NCBI GenBank assembly: GCA_013816255.1
Contig: JACDET010000007.1
Span: forward strand, 1-42,991
Length of the DNA stretch: 42,991 nt
Source of the DNA: Candidatus Levyibacteriota bacterium
GTDB lineage: Bacteria; Patescibacteriota; Microgenomatia; Levybacterales; UBA12049
Direction: 5' to 3'
Part shown: positions 8,776-18,873 of the stretch, one piece after another
How positions within the stretch are numbered: the first letter of the stretch is position 1
How the letters are laid out: each line of letters opens with the position of its first letter
The notes under the pieces: generated by a model
Seen by the model: the letters and a program-made list of their open reading frames with translations, nothing else
Databases searched by the model: none
Told to the model about the DNA's origin: nothing
Translations under genes and position numbers: made by a program

Positions 8776-8943
8776 TAAAGTCTGCCTCAGTATCCGGTTT
8801 TTGTAAAGAACTGGAAAGATAAATTGCCTCTTTACTATAAGACTTTTTTATGGTACACTGCACCATATAGGATATCTTTGCTATGGGATTCATTCCATAG
8901 CACATATAAGAATCTTGTAACCATAAAACAGTATAAAATACAT

Positions 8944-11900
8944 ATGAACCTAAATATTATAAGTCGTTATTTTAAGAAAACACGTACCCGTGCTCAACGC
9001 AAGAAGAAAATGTATGAACAGATAGCACCTGTTGCAGGGTCAATGCGGGGTGCAGGAGTCCATTTCAAAAACAAAAAGTATATTACTCATACCACACTCC
9101 CCGTCTCACTTTCTGCCATACAGACATTCTCACTTTCCCAAAAGATCTTTTTTATCGCGACACCAATTCTTCTTATCGCGGCTCTTATTCTGTTCCCTTT
9201 GCCAGCAGCGCAAATGATTGTTGCTGTACTCAGTATTCTTTACCTCATTGACGCAATCTTTAATATATTTGTCGTCACAAAGAGTCTGAGTCGTGAGAAT
9301 GAAATAAATGTTACCGATGAAGAATTAAGTACGATAAATGAAAACAATTTACCAACGTATACAATATTATGTCCTTTATACAAAGAAGTGCATGTCGTCC
9401 CACAGTTTCTTGAAGGTATAGCTGCAATCGACTGGCCAAAAGATAAACTTGATGTGATGTTTCTTCTTGAAGAAGATGATGCAGAAACCATCGAAGCCTT
9501 TGGCGAAATGACGCTTCCTTTTTATGCACGAACAGTTGTCGTCCCTGATTCCCAACCAAAGACCAAACCAAAAGCGTGTAATTACGGACTATCGTATGCA
9601 ACGGGTGAATACCTCGTAATCTTTGATGCAGAAGACGTCCCGGATCCTCTGCAACTCAAAAAGGCATATCTCGGATTTAAAAAAGCTCCAGCAAATGTAA
9701 CATGTTTGCAGGCAAAACTCAGTTACTACAATGCGCGTCAAAATCTGTTGACCAGATTCTTTACAGCTGAATATGCATTGTGGTTTGATGTGACATTGCC
9801 AGGGCTGCAATCACTCAATTCAGCGCTTCCATTGGGTGGTACAAGTAATCACTTCCTCACTGAGAATTTGCGCCAACTGCAAGGTTGGGATCCATTTAAT
9901 GTGACTGAAGATGCTGACTTGGGTGTGCGCCTATTCCAAAAAGGTTACCGTACAGCGATCATCAATTCAACAACCTATGAAGAAGCAACAAGTGTCAACA
10001 AAAATTGGTTGCGCCAACGTTCACGATGGATCAAGGGATATATGCAAACGTATTTAGTGCACATGCGCAATATCCGTGACTTTATCCGTGAGAAAGGTTT
10101 ATGGCATAACTTCATCTTTCAATTAACCGTTGGAGGAAAAATCTTGTTCGTTCTCTTAAATCCGTTCATGTGGATTATCACATTCTTGTATTTCGCGGCT
10201 AATCCTCTCGTGGGTCCGGTCATGGAAGCTATCTATATAGCACCGATTTCCTACATCGCTGTGACCTCATGGATCTTTGGTAACTTCCTCTTCATGTACT
10301 GCTACATGATCGCTGTCGCCAAAAGAAAACAATGGGATATCACAAAATATATATTACTTATACCATTATATTGGTTCATGATGAGTACGGCTGCGATGAT
10401 CGCGCTTTATCAGTTGATTCTTAAACCCCACTATTGGGAAAAAACACTACACGGATTTCATCTCGGACGCAAAGAAGATGCAAAAGCCGCACCAGGTGTT
10501 ACGGTCAAGCCAGTTATTGCACCTGCATATGCTAGGTCTGCAGTCACGATGAAACTAGATAAAAAAACGCACAAATTCACAATGCCTAATCGTAAAAAGA
10601 CATTGTACGCTCTATTAAACGTCTTACCATTCATAGCAATTTTAAATATCGATTTAGTCGTTGCACGCTATTATCTTCCTATACAGGAAGCACAAACATA
10701 CTTACTTGTCTCACTTCTTGGAAAAACACTCTTTCTTGTCAGTCAAATCGGATCAAAAATACTTGCAACGTACGTAGCACGCGGAGAATCTGAACGCAAT
10801 GTCTTTTACAAAACCGTTCTTTTCACCTTCTTATTTCACTGGATGGGATACATTCTTTTGGGTCTTGAAGGAGCGTTCTTTATCCCGGCAGTATTGGGCT
10901 CAACATTTAATGCAGCGATAATTTACATGCCTTTTTATATGTTTGCTCTTCTGTGCTTTGGACTGGCTATGCGCTTTAACGCATATAACTTACAGCGCAA
11001 TAATCCTGTTTACGCCGTAGTATCACTCACGACAATATTTGCTTTCATCCCGCTTATTATGATGAATAACGATTCAGTAGCAGGCTTTGTCAGAACATTT
11101 GCCTATGTCGGTTCAATTAATCTCTTCGCGGTTGTCACGATATATATGAGCAAACCTTACATGCGCATTATGCAAAACAATGTAGGAAGCTTGCTTGCAA
11201 TCTTTGATAAGGTGCGTACGCGCAAAGTCTGGAAAGACAATCAAATGAAAATTTTGATTTTCAACTGGCGCGATACCAAACACGTTTACGCTGGAGGGGC
11301 TGAAGTCTATGTCGACGAATTATCAAAACGATGGGTAAAAAATGGTAACAAAGTAACCCTTTTCTGTGGGAACGATAATCGAAATCCTATTTATGAACAA
11401 ATACAGGGTGTTGAAATCTACCGCCGTGGTGGAACCTATACTGTATACCTGTTCGCGATTATTTACTACATGTTCAAGTTCCGTGGTAAATATGACGTTA
11501 TTATCGATTGTGAAAATGGAATTCCATTCTTTATGCCACTTTTCGCGCGTGAGCAGGTAATTCTTCTGATCCACCATGTACACCAAGATATCTTTAGAAA
11601 ATTCTTGAAATTTCCTATCAGTTTCATCGCTGAAATGCTTGAAGGAAAGCTCATGCCATTTATATATCAAAATAAAAATGTTGTGACTGTTTCAGCCTCT
11701 TCACAAAGTGATATATTTAATCTTGGATTTACGAATGCAGGCAATATAGCAATCATTCCAAATGGTGTTGATAGTGCACTATTTGTAGATTACCCAAAAA
11801 CAGAGTATCCTTCATATATCTATTTAGGGAGACTTAAAGAATACAAAAATGTTGATGTCGCAATTACAGCATTTTCTAAAGTATTGAAAATACATAAAAA

Positions 11901-12414
11901 TGCTGTATTCTCGATTGTCGGAACTGGTGAATGTTATCCAGTATTGCAGCAATTAGTCATTGATCTGGGTATTCAGGATTCTGTTATTTTCCATGGCCGA
12001 GTTTCAGAAGAAGAAAAAGCACGATTGCTCGCACAAAGTTGGGTAGCGATTCAACCGTCACAAATGGAAGGTTGGGGTATTACCGTTATTGAAGCAAATG
12101 CCGCTGGAACACCTGTTATCGCCTCCCGTGTGAATGGTTTGCAAGATTCTGTTTTGGATCAGCAGACTGGCATTCTTGTTGAGGTCGGCGATGTGGCAGG
12201 ATTTGCTATTGCAATGCGCAAGATAGTTGATGACGATCTTTTCAGAATAAATCTCGCGCATGGAGCGAAGCAATGGGCTGGTAATTTCAATTGGAACAAA
12301 AGTGCTGACGATTTTTATAAACTAATCGGAAGTAATTATGGACAACGTACAGCCAAAACAAAGTATTCAAACGTTGAGTTCTCGACACAAAAAAAGGGAG
12401 TTAAAAATCTATGA
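8944..12414 (+). CDS. Three-module fusion: processive GT2 synthase, Wzx/MOP-flippase-like C-terminal TM block, and GT4 (GT-B) glycosyltransferase
   Basis: GT2 motifs: FDAEDVPDP, FNVTEDADLG, QRSRWIKGY. The middle block has DLVVARYYLPIQEAQTYLLVSLLGK plus multiple TM segments. C-terminal KILIFNWRD..GGAEVY and EGWGITVIEANAAGTPVIAS (E-x7-E). The track start at 8824 is TTG. The ATG at 8944 (MNLNIISRYF) is preferred. Confidence 0.8.
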   Translation: MNLNIISRYFKKTRTRAQRKKKMYEQIAPVAGSMRGAGVHFKNKKYITHTTLPVSLSAIQTFSLSQKIFFIATPILLIAALILFPLPAAQMIVAVLSILYLIDAIFNIFVVTKSLSRENEINVTDEELSTINENNLPTYTILCPLYKEVHVVPQFLEGIAAIDWPKDKLDVMFLLEEDDAETIEAFGEMTLPFYARTVVVPDSQPKTKPKACNYGLSYATGEYLVIFDAEDVPDPLQLKKAYLGFKKAPANVTCLQAKLSYYNARQNLLTRFFTAEYALWFDVTLPGLQSLNSALPLGGTSNHFLTENLRQLQGWDPFNVTEDADLGVRLFQKGYRTAIINSTTYEEATSVNKNWLRQRSRWIKGYMQTYLVHMRNIRDFIREKGLWHNFIFQLTVGGKILFVLLNPFMWIITFLYFAANPLVGPVMEAIYIAPISYIAVTSWIFGNFLFMYCYMIAVAKRKQWDITKYILLIPLYWFMMSTAAMIALYQLILKPHYWEKTLHGFHLGRKEDAKAAPGVTVKPVIAPAYARSAVTMKLDKKTHKFTMPNRKKTLYALLNVLPFIAILNIDLVVARYYLPIQEAQTYLLVSLLGKTLFLVSQIGSKILATYVARGESERNVFYKTVLFTFLFHWMGYILLGLEGAFFIPAVLGSTFNAAIIYMPFYMFALLCFGLAMRFNAYNLQRNNPVYAVVSLTTIFAFIPLIMMNNDSVAGFVRTFAYVGSINLFAVVTIYMSKPYMRIMQNNVGSLLAIFDKVRTRKVWKDNQMKILIFNWRDTKHVYAGGAEVYVDELSKRWVKNGNKVTLFCGNDNRNPIYEQIQGVEIYRRGGTYTVYLFAIIYYMFKFRGKYDVIIDCENGIPFFMPLFAREQVILLIHHVHQDIFRKFLKFPISFIAEMLEGKLMPFIYQNKNVVTVSASSQSDIFNLGFTNAGNIAIIPNGVDSALFVDYPKTEYPSYIYLGRLKEYKNVDVAITAFSKVLKIHKNAVFSIVGTGECYPVLQQLVIDLGIQDSVIFHGRVSEEEKARLLAQSWVAIQPSQMEGWGITVIEANAAGTPVIASRVNGLQDSVLDQQTGILVEVGDVAGFAIAMRKIVDDDLFRINLAHGAKQWAGNFNWNKSADDFYKLIGSNYGQRTAKTKYSNVEFSTQKKGVKNL

Positions 12415-13298
12415 AAGCACAAGTGAATGTATCTATAGGAATCCCTGCATATAATGAAGGGAAAAATATTCAGCAACTCCTTATGTCGCTTCTTGCGCAA
12501 AAAGAAGATTCGATTAAGATTAAGGAAATTATCCTGCTATCTGATGGCAGTAATGACGATACGGGACAAAAAGTGAAAGCTATCAAAGACCGGAGAATTA
12601 TTTTTAAAGATGACCATAAACGTCTTGGAAAATCTGCTCGCTTGGATCAAATATTTAGATCATTTACAGGCGATGTACTCATTCTTATGGATGCTGATAT
12701 CGTCATAACTGATGCCCAATTGCTTGAAAAAACTATACTTGCCGCAAATCTTTCTCGATCAGGCATAGTGGGCATTAACGCTCTTCCACTTACTGCTGAA
12801 ACATTCTTCGAGCAAGTTATCGAAACTGGTGTGCGTATCATGAAAGATATTGCAAAAGGATGGAATAATGGAAATAATTATTTATCATTTAAAGGTTGCT
12901 TTCTGGCTCTCGATGGAAAGCTCGCAAAGGCGATTCATATACCAGCAAGTGTTGTAAATAATGATTCATATCTTTACTTTGCTGGAGTGGAGAAAAAATA
13001 TGTACCCAAATATTTATCAGATATAAGCGTTTATTACCGTTCTCCAATGAATCTTGCTGATCACATCAAACAGTCATCACGGCATCAAAACTCGCGTAAA
13101 GAACTTGAGAAATTTTTTACATTAGATTGGGACTACGAATATACAATGCCTGTTGCATTAGTAATACTGAGTATCCTAAAATCTATACTCACCCGTCCAA
13201 TATATTTCGTAGCCTATCTTGCCGTGACACTCATTGCCAAAGTCAAACGGCAAACAAATATCAAAAGCACATGGAGTGTGGCTAAGTCGACGAAGTAA
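12411..13298 (+). CDS. Non-processive GT2 family glycosyltransferase
   Basis: SIGIPAYNEGKNI, LSDGSNDDT and MDADIV motifs. ATGA overlap with the upstream stop. AAGGGAG RBS about 10 nt upstream. Confidence 0.75.
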   Translation: MKAQVNVSIGIPAYNEGKNIQQLLMSLLAQKEDSIKIKEIILLSDGSNDDTGQKVKAIKDRRIIFKDDHKRLGKSARLDQIFRSFTGDVLILMDADIVITDAQLLEKTILAANLSRSGIVGINALPLTAETFFEQVIETGVRIMKDIAKGWNNGNNYLSFKGCFLALDGKLAKAIHIPASVVNNDSYLYFAGVEKKYVPKYLSDISVYYRSPMNLADHIKQSSRHQNSRKELEKFFTLDWDYEYTMPVALVILSILKSILTRPIYFVAYLAVTLIAKVKRQTNIKSTWSVAKSTK

Positions 13299-13300
13299 TG

Positions 13301-13335
13301 TTAGTACTTAGTAGTTAGTCTTTAGTTCTTAGAAT
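13301..13335 (+). repeat. Five tandem TTAGnnn heptads directly after the stop codon
   Basis: ttagtac ttagtag ttagtct ttagttc ttagaat. Two inverted TTAG units follow at 13352..13366 (catactaagcactaa). Confidence 0.7.
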
Positions 13336-13375
13336 CAATATTTTAAACAAGCATACTAAGCACTAAATTAATATA

Positions 13376-14464
13376 ATGATTGATAAATACCAAAAACTTT
13401 CTGTCTTCCATTTCTCGTCTGAGATTAAAAAACGTCATGGTAAAAAGCATTTAAAGTGCATAATCTTTGGCAATTTCGGTGCAATGAATTTGGGAGATGA
13501 AGCAATACTTGCTGGACAAATACAGGAACTGCATAAAATCCCCAATCTGACCATTACAGTCGTCGGACGGTATCCTAAAGAAGTGCAAAGAATACATAAA
13601 GTAACAGCTTTGTCTCTTTATTCTCTCTATAAAGTTCGGAGAGAAGTCAAAAAATCGGATTTCGTTATTGTCGGCGGAGGCGGAATCATTAACAAAGTTG
13701 AACGAAGCCTGATAGGATTTTTCTATCAAATCTACATGCTCGGTGTCTTCTTTTTATTGCCAAGAATGTACAAAAAGAAAATCTATGTCCTTGGTATCGG
13801 TATATATAGCAATGCAAACAGAATCATAGTCAACATGGTTTTACCCTTTTTACGTGCAGCAACACTTTTGACGGTCAGGGATTTTCACTCACAAACCTTT
13901 CTTAAAAAGAAAAATGTGCACGCAGCTTTGTATCAAGATAATAGTTTTCTTATGGATTTGGCGACAAAACAGGATATTCTGAAGGATGCATATTTCCAGA
14001 AGCATTACCGCCCTGAGAGAATGAATATCGGCATATCTCTCGTTAAACCTGATGCAAAAAAAGATGAAAAACGCTTGAGCAAAGAAATCCTCAGCTTTAT
14101 CGGAGAGTATTATCAAAAGGCTGATTTCTGGTTTTACGCAACTGATTACAATCCTGAATACTTTAATGATGCCAAAGTTGGAAAACAACTTTATGATGAA
14201 TTAAAGAAGCAGTATACGAGTGAAATCGTCTTTCATCTCGTCCCGATGACACTTTCTCCGCAACGTTACTTCGCATCATTCAAGCTCATGCAGTTCGTTA
14301 TCGCGATGCGCTTTCATGCGGCCGTCTTTGCGTATAGAAACGACGTCCCTTTTGCTGGTATTTCTTACGACAAGAAATGCACAAGTTTTATTGAATCCGT
14401 GGGAAAAACCGCATTACAGCTCAAAACCCTCACCTGGGAGCAAATTAATAAAAACGTCTTATAG
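13376..14464 (+). CDS. Polysaccharide pyruvyl transferase family protein (CsaB/WcaK-like)
   Basis: IIFGNFGAMNLGDEAIL near the N-terminus and AMRFHAAVFA near the C-terminus. The size of about 360 aa is typical. Confidence 0.7.
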   Translation: MIDKYQKLSVFHFSSEIKKRHGKKHLKCIIFGNFGAMNLGDEAILAGQIQELHKIPNLTITVVGRYPKEVQRIHKVTALSLYSLYKVRREVKKSDFVIVGGGGIINKVERSLIGFFYQIYMLGVFFLLPRMYKKKIYVLGIGIYSNANRIIVNMVLPFLRAATLLTVRDFHSQTFLKKKNVHAALYQDNSFLMDLATKQDILKDAYFQKHYRPERMNIGISLVKPDAKKDEKRLSKEILSFIGEYYQKADFWFYATDYNPEYFNDAKVGKQLYDELKKQYTSEIVFHLVPMTLSPQRYFASFKLMQFVIAMRFHAAVFAYRNDVPFAGISYDKKCTSFIESVGKTALQLKTLTWEQINKNVL

Positions 14465-14511
14465 TTTGACATCCATCCCTTTATGTGATACAATTCTGCC
14501 AACCTATAACT

Positions 14512-15348
14512 ATGGCACGTCTACACACACAACCAACAAATAGTTTTTATGGGGCATTGACTGGAGCAAGAAAGGCTACATACCAATTGCTTGCGGCTTT
14601 TGATGCAAATGTATTGAAGCAAAAGAACCCCATCGTTATCTTCTCTTACCACAGTATCGCAAAAGATGATTGGCGATTTAGTGTCAATCCTTTGGATCTT
14701 AAAAAGCAGATCTTACACCTGCAAAAACACTATGACATCATAACGCTTAAAACAGTGGATGAGTATTTGGCAGGAAAAATTACAATAACAAAACCCTCTG
14801 CGGTTTTGACATTTGATGATGGGTATAAAGATATCCTTATTATGAAAGACTTTTTCAAAAAGCATAACATTACTCCCGTTCTTTTTGTCCTTACAAATAC
14901 CAAAAGACCAAACCTAAAAGAGCTCGGCACGAAGCGTCCATTCCTGACCAAACGAGATATGCAATCACTCATAAAAGCTGGTTGGGAAATTGGTTGCCAT
15001 AGCGCAACACACGCAAATCTTGCGACACTTTCAGATAAAGAATTGAAAGAAGAAATCGTCACATCTAAGAAATCTCTTGAAAATGATCTTGGCATTACAA
15101 TAAAGTATTTCGCGTATCCTCGTGGCAAATATAATGCAACAGTTGCACGTATGGTACAAAGGGCAAAGTATACGATGGCGTTGACGATGGATGATGGGTT
15201 TATCAATACGCAAAGTAATCGATTCACACTTCCTAGAGTTGGCGTAGACCGCACGCATACATTTGCAGAATTTGCAGCAACTTTTTCACCATCAGTTGTA
15301 CGATTACGCAAGCTTATCAAAATGAGTCCAGTTGGGAGGTATTTATGA
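14512..15348 (+). CDS. Polysaccharide deacetylase (CE4, NodB homology domain)
   Basis: TFDDGYKD, HSATHANL and YPRGKY motifs. The track start at 14485 is GTG. The first ATG is 14512 (MARLHTQ). Confidence 0.85.
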   Translation: MARLHTQPTNSFYGALTGARKATYQLLAAFDANVLKQKNPIVIFSYHSIAKDDWRFSVNPLDLKKQILHLQKHYDIITLKTVDEYLAGKITITKPSAVLTFDDGYKDILIMKDFFKKHNITPVLFVLTNTKRPNLKELGTKRPFLTKRDMQSLIKAGWEIGCHSATHANLATLSDKELKEEIVTSKKSLENDLGITIKYFAYPRGKYNATVARMVQRAKYTMALTMDDGFINTQSNRFTLPRVGVDRTHTFAEFAATFSPSVVRLRKLIKMSPVGRYL

Positions 15349-17087
15349 AAGATACATTAAAAAACTTCTTTAAAAAGGTGAAAAACACATTTGTCAAAAG
15401 TGATGATCCGGTGGCACGGCGCGCGCAAGCAAGTAAACGTTTGTACGCAAAGAGTACAAAATCACACAAAGTACACACAGAAAAAAAGCGTTCGTTTTTT
15501 GGCGTAAACAGTACCAAACTGCTCAAAATTGCAGGAAATACTCTTGTTGCTCTTTTCGTAATCATGGTTCTTATACTCTCAATCCGCGGTATCGCTGGCA
15601 ATCCTAGTCCAACTGAATTGAATCGTTTGATTTGGAAAGATAATGGACCGCTTGAATTATCACCTGAGCGTGGTCGGTACGCGCTTATGTATGCACTAGC
15701 TGAGGAAAAATCATTTTCATTTTCGCCCGATCTAGCTCGTTTCGCGGCCCCTGACGTCGCGTTCACTGATGGAAAATATGTTTCACTTTTTGCACCTGCT
15801 GTGTCTTTTCTTGTGATCCCTGGATACTTCATCGGCAAATATTTCGGTCTTGCGCAGGTTGGAAGTTACGCTGTAATTGCACTATTTGCACTTGCTAACC
15901 TCTATCTCATCCGCGCAATTGCGATTAGGATAGGTGCACATCCGATAGCTGCAACGATTGCTGGAGTAGCATTTTTATTCGCAACACCGGCTTTTGCGTA
16001 TGCAGTCACGTTATACCAGCATCATATCTCAACCTTTCTGATTCTCATGGGTATTTATCTTCTGATCCGCTTCAATTCGATCTGGTCACTTATGGGTATA
16101 TGGCTTCTCTGTGCACTATCGATTTCTGTCGATTATCCTAATTTCTTTATGATGCTTCCTATCGGCATCGCGGCACTTGGAAAAGTATTTATAGCCAAAC
16201 GTGCCGAGGGCAAAATTACCTTTACCGTTCCAATTTTACGTGTACTTTCGGTCGCTGTTATGGTGATTCCATTGGCATTCTTCTTATGGTTCAACTCTAT
16301 GTCGTACGGCAATCCGCTGCAGCTCTCAGGAACGATTGAACGCGCAATTGAAGTACGGACAGACGGTTCTCCGATTTTGGAGAGTGAAAAAATTATTGCT
16401 GATAAAAAAGCAAAAGGTGAAGAAATACCTCAAGGAACCTATGACAAGAACGTTCTTAATTTCTTTCAAAGTCGTTTATTATTGAATGGTTTGTATTCGC
16501 ATTTCGTTTCTCCTGACCGTGGATTACTTGCATTTACACCCGTTATGCTCTTTGGTATCGCTGGTATGGTATGGGCAATTAAGAAACGGGTAAAACACAC
16601 AAGCTTGTTTGTCGCGATCATTGGGTTTAATATCCTCTTATACTCTATGTGGTCTGATCCATATGGTGGATGGGCTTTCGGATCACGTTACCTTATCCCG
16701 GCATACGCTCTGCTTGCGGTGTTTATTGCGTATCTTCTGACCCGCTTGCACAAATATTCTTTGTTCCTGCTGTTCTTCTTTATGGTTATGAGTTACTCTG
16801 TGGCAGTCAATACACTTGGTGCAGTCACAACCAACCGTAATCCACCAATGGTCGAGGCAGTAGGGCTTTCGGAGATAACCGGTCGTGAAGAATTGTATAC
16901 CTATATGCGTAACGTAAGTCAGTTGAATAATAATATCTCAAAATCATACGTGTTTGAAGCATATGTCGCAAACAAAATAACAGCGTGGCAATATTATATA
17001 TTCCTCACGAGCTTTATCGTGATCGTGTCAGCATTTATACTCATGACTTTGCGAATCGTACCGAAAGGGGAACAACATGCACTTTAA
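15345..17087 (+). CDS. Polytopic GT-C-type glycosyltransferase (ArnT/PMT-like, GT39/GT83-like)
   Basis: About 12 predicted TM helices. First-loop block LSPERGRYALMYALAEEKSF. GGGAGG RBS. ATGA overlap with the CE4 stop. Confidence 0.6.
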   Translation: MKDTLKNFFKKVKNTFVKSDDPVARRAQASKRLYAKSTKSHKVHTEKKRSFFGVNSTKLLKIAGNTLVALFVIMVLILSIRGIAGNPSPTELNRLIWKDNGPLELSPERGRYALMYALAEEKSFSFSPDLARFAAPDVAFTDGKYVSLFAPAVSFLVIPGYFIGKYFGLAQVGSYAVIALFALANLYLIRAIAIRIGAHPIAATIAGVAFLFATPAFAYAVTLYQHHISTFLILMGIYLLIRFNSIWSLMGIWLLCALSISVDYPNFFMMLPIGIAALGKVFIAKRAEGKITFTVPILRVLSVAVMVIPLAFFLWFNSMSYGNPLQLSGTIERAIEVRTDGSPILESEKIIADKKAKGEEIPQGTYDKNVLNFFQSRLLLNGLYSHFVSPDRGLLAFTPVMLFGIAGMVWAIKKRVKHTSLFVAIIGFNILLYSMWSDPYGGWAFGSRYLIPAYALLAVFIAYLLTRLHKYSLFLLFFFMVMSYSVAVNTLGAVTTNRNPPMVEAVGLSEITGREELYTYMRNVSQLNNNISKSYVFEAYVANKITAWQYYIFLTSFIVIVSAFILMTLRIVPKGEQHAL

Positions 17088-18705
17088 CCTACGATCACTT
17101 ACTATGCAGTTTTCTTTCGATGAAAAAATCGTTGCAAAGATGAAAGCCTTTTTCGAAAAACGGGCAAAAGTTATCTTGTTCTTCTTTCTTTCAATGGTTT
17201 CGATTGCGTACTTTTTGTATTATCTCTCTAATGGTTTGGGTGTCGCGTACAACGACGCCAGATCTCATTTGGACATTTCCCGTCGTGTGGTTGAGAATTT
17301 GACGCCTGGTTTTGCACAACTCGGAAGTGTCTGGCTACCGCTCCCCCATCTTTTGGCAACGCTGACGGTTTGGAATGATTTCATGTGGCATTCAGGTTTG
17401 TCGGGCGCTATCCAATCGATGGTCGCATATGTGGCGACAGGTATATTGATCTTCAGCTTTTTGAAAATACTTGGGGTTGGGATGTTCGGGCGTATCGTGG
17501 GCGTAATGGTCTTTGCATTTAACCTCAATATCCTGTACATGCAATCAACAGCCATGACTGAACTTTTACTTATCGGTACGATGATGGCCGGGACATATCA
17601 GCTCTTAATGTGGCACAAAGAAGAAACAATGGTGCGGCTTTTGCAGGCTGGATTCTGGGTGATGCTTGCGACGCTTATCCGCTATGATGGCTGGTTCCTG
17701 CTCGCTTTTGCTTTTGCGTTGATCTTTATTCATTCGATACGAAAGTTCGGCTATAAAACAACTGAAGGAATTCTCGTACTCTTTACAACGCTTGCGTCTT
17801 TCGGAATCGTGCTTTGGTTATTGTGGAATCTGATGATTTTCAAAGATCCACTCTACTTTGCTTTCGGACCATACTCAGCAAACGCACAACAATCACAACT
17901 TGAAGCGGCCGGTGTGCTCGAAACTAAACGTAATCTTCCATTCTCACTCCAAACGTATATTTACGCTATGATTTATAATTCTGGATTTTTCACTTTTATT
18001 CTTGGCATTATCGGTATGGCGATGTTCTGGTTTGATAAAAAGATCAAAGGTGAAATGCGTATTGCGGCGATTGCCTTGATGGCGCCGTTCTTTTTCAATA
18101 TCGTCGCACTATTTCTTGGTCACTCAGTACTCTTTGTCCAAGGCTTGCATGGAAATTCATGGTTCAATGTGCGCTATGGTTTGATGATGGTACCAACAAT
18201 TGCGATCTTCGTGGGTTATCTCGTCCATAGACTAAAATCAATTAGAATTGCTGTCGTGGCACTGCTTCTCTTTGTGTCATTCTTTACCTTCACCAATACT
18301 GATGCAGTGACAATTGATGATGCGGTTGTCGGTGCAAGTGGTAAAAATGTACAAGAAGTGAGTGGCTGGTTGATGGACAATGCGAAAGATAAAGAAGGCT
18401 ATGTCCTTATCTCAGCTGCATCTCATGACGCAATCATCTTTTCATCTCAAATGCAGATGAAACGCTTTATCCATGAAGGTACGGGAGAATATTGGGACCA
18501 AGCACTTACCAATCCAACTAAATGGGCAAGGTGGATTATCCTGCGTACAAATGATCAAAATGATTCGACATTCCGTGAATTGCAGGATAACAAACAGTTC
18601 AAGAATAATTATACAAAAGTGAAGACATTACCATTTGCAGATATTTACGAAATCAAACCTGAATTCGTCAAAGATCTCAGGACACAACCGACGTTGGAAT
18701 TGTAA
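17077..18705 (+). CDS. Polytopic membrane protein of the YND-SH-IAR family (putative GT-C-like), stand-alone paralog
   Basis: YNDARSHLDISRRVVENLTPGFAQLGSVWLPLPHLL, LIRYDGWF, GPYSANAQQSQLEA and WFNVRYG are all collinear with the N-terminal ~500 aa of 32918..35503. There is an 11-nt overlap with the upstream gene. Confidence 0.7.
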   Translation: MHFNLRSLTMQFSFDEKIVAKMKAFFEKRAKVILFFFLSMVSIAYFLYYLSNGLGVAYNDARSHLDISRRVVENLTPGFAQLGSVWLPLPHLLATLTVWNDFMWHSGLSGAIQSMVAYVATGILIFSFLKILGVGMFGRIVGVMVFAFNLNILYMQSTAMTELLLIGTMMAGTYQLLMWHKEETMVRLLQAGFWVMLATLIRYDGWFLLAFAFALIFIHSIRKFGYKTTEGILVLFTTLASFGIVLWLLWNLMIFKDPLYFAFGPYSANAQQSQLEAAGVLETKRNLPFSLQTYIYAMIYNSGFFTFILGIIGMAMFWFDKKIKGEMRIAAIALMAPFFFNIVALFLGHSVLFVQGLHGNSWFNVRYGLMMVPTIAIFVGYLVHRLKSIRIAVVALLLFVSFFTFTNTDAVTIDDAVVGASGKNVQEVSGWLMDNAKDKEGYVLISAASHDAIIFSSQMQMKRFIHEGTGEYWDQALTNPTKWARWIILRTNDQNDSTFRELQDNKQFKNNYTKVKTLPFADIYEIKPEFVKDLRTQPTLEL

Positions 18706-18719
18706 GCGATTTTAAAATC

Positions 18720-18809
18720 CGTCATCCTGCTTGCCCGCCTCTGGAGGGGCGGCGTCCAGGATCTCTCATGCTACACCGGCAACTGATTCTGGACCCCGCC
18801 AGAATGACG
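18720..18809. repeat. Two GTCAT-box hairpin elements in inverted orientation (18720..18766 and 18785..18809)
   Basis: First unit: cGTCATcctg-cttgcccgcctctggaggggcggcgt-ccaggATCTCT. Second unit: gattctgg-accccg-ccagaATGACg. Confidence 0.7.
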
Positions 18810-18873
18810 AAAAGTAACTATCCCTGTGTTTTATATGAATTTCGATCCGTTATTGAGTATAATGATATGAGTG

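Noticed and set aside
8824-8943. N-terminal extensions from non-ATG track starts: 8824, 2586, 3523, 37029, 20410, 14485 and 18871.
   Set aside because: These begin at TTG or GTG and run through promoters or repeats. An in-frame ATG follows where similarity to paralogs or a signal peptide begins, so shorter starts were preferred. Start positions remain uncertain by a few codons.
14730-15838. Long antisense ORFs: 14730..15320 (196 aa) and 15317..15838 (173 aa). Similar cases are 18831..19472 (213 aa), 37188..37679 (163 aa), 40145..40687 (180 aa) and 680..1087 (135 aa).
   Set aside because: Each lies entirely opposite a gene with clear family motifs (CE4, GT-C, hydrolase-like, xseA, sortase, GT2). 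Their translations are Ser/Arg/Cys-rich with no motifs. They are most simply explained as shadow ORFs.
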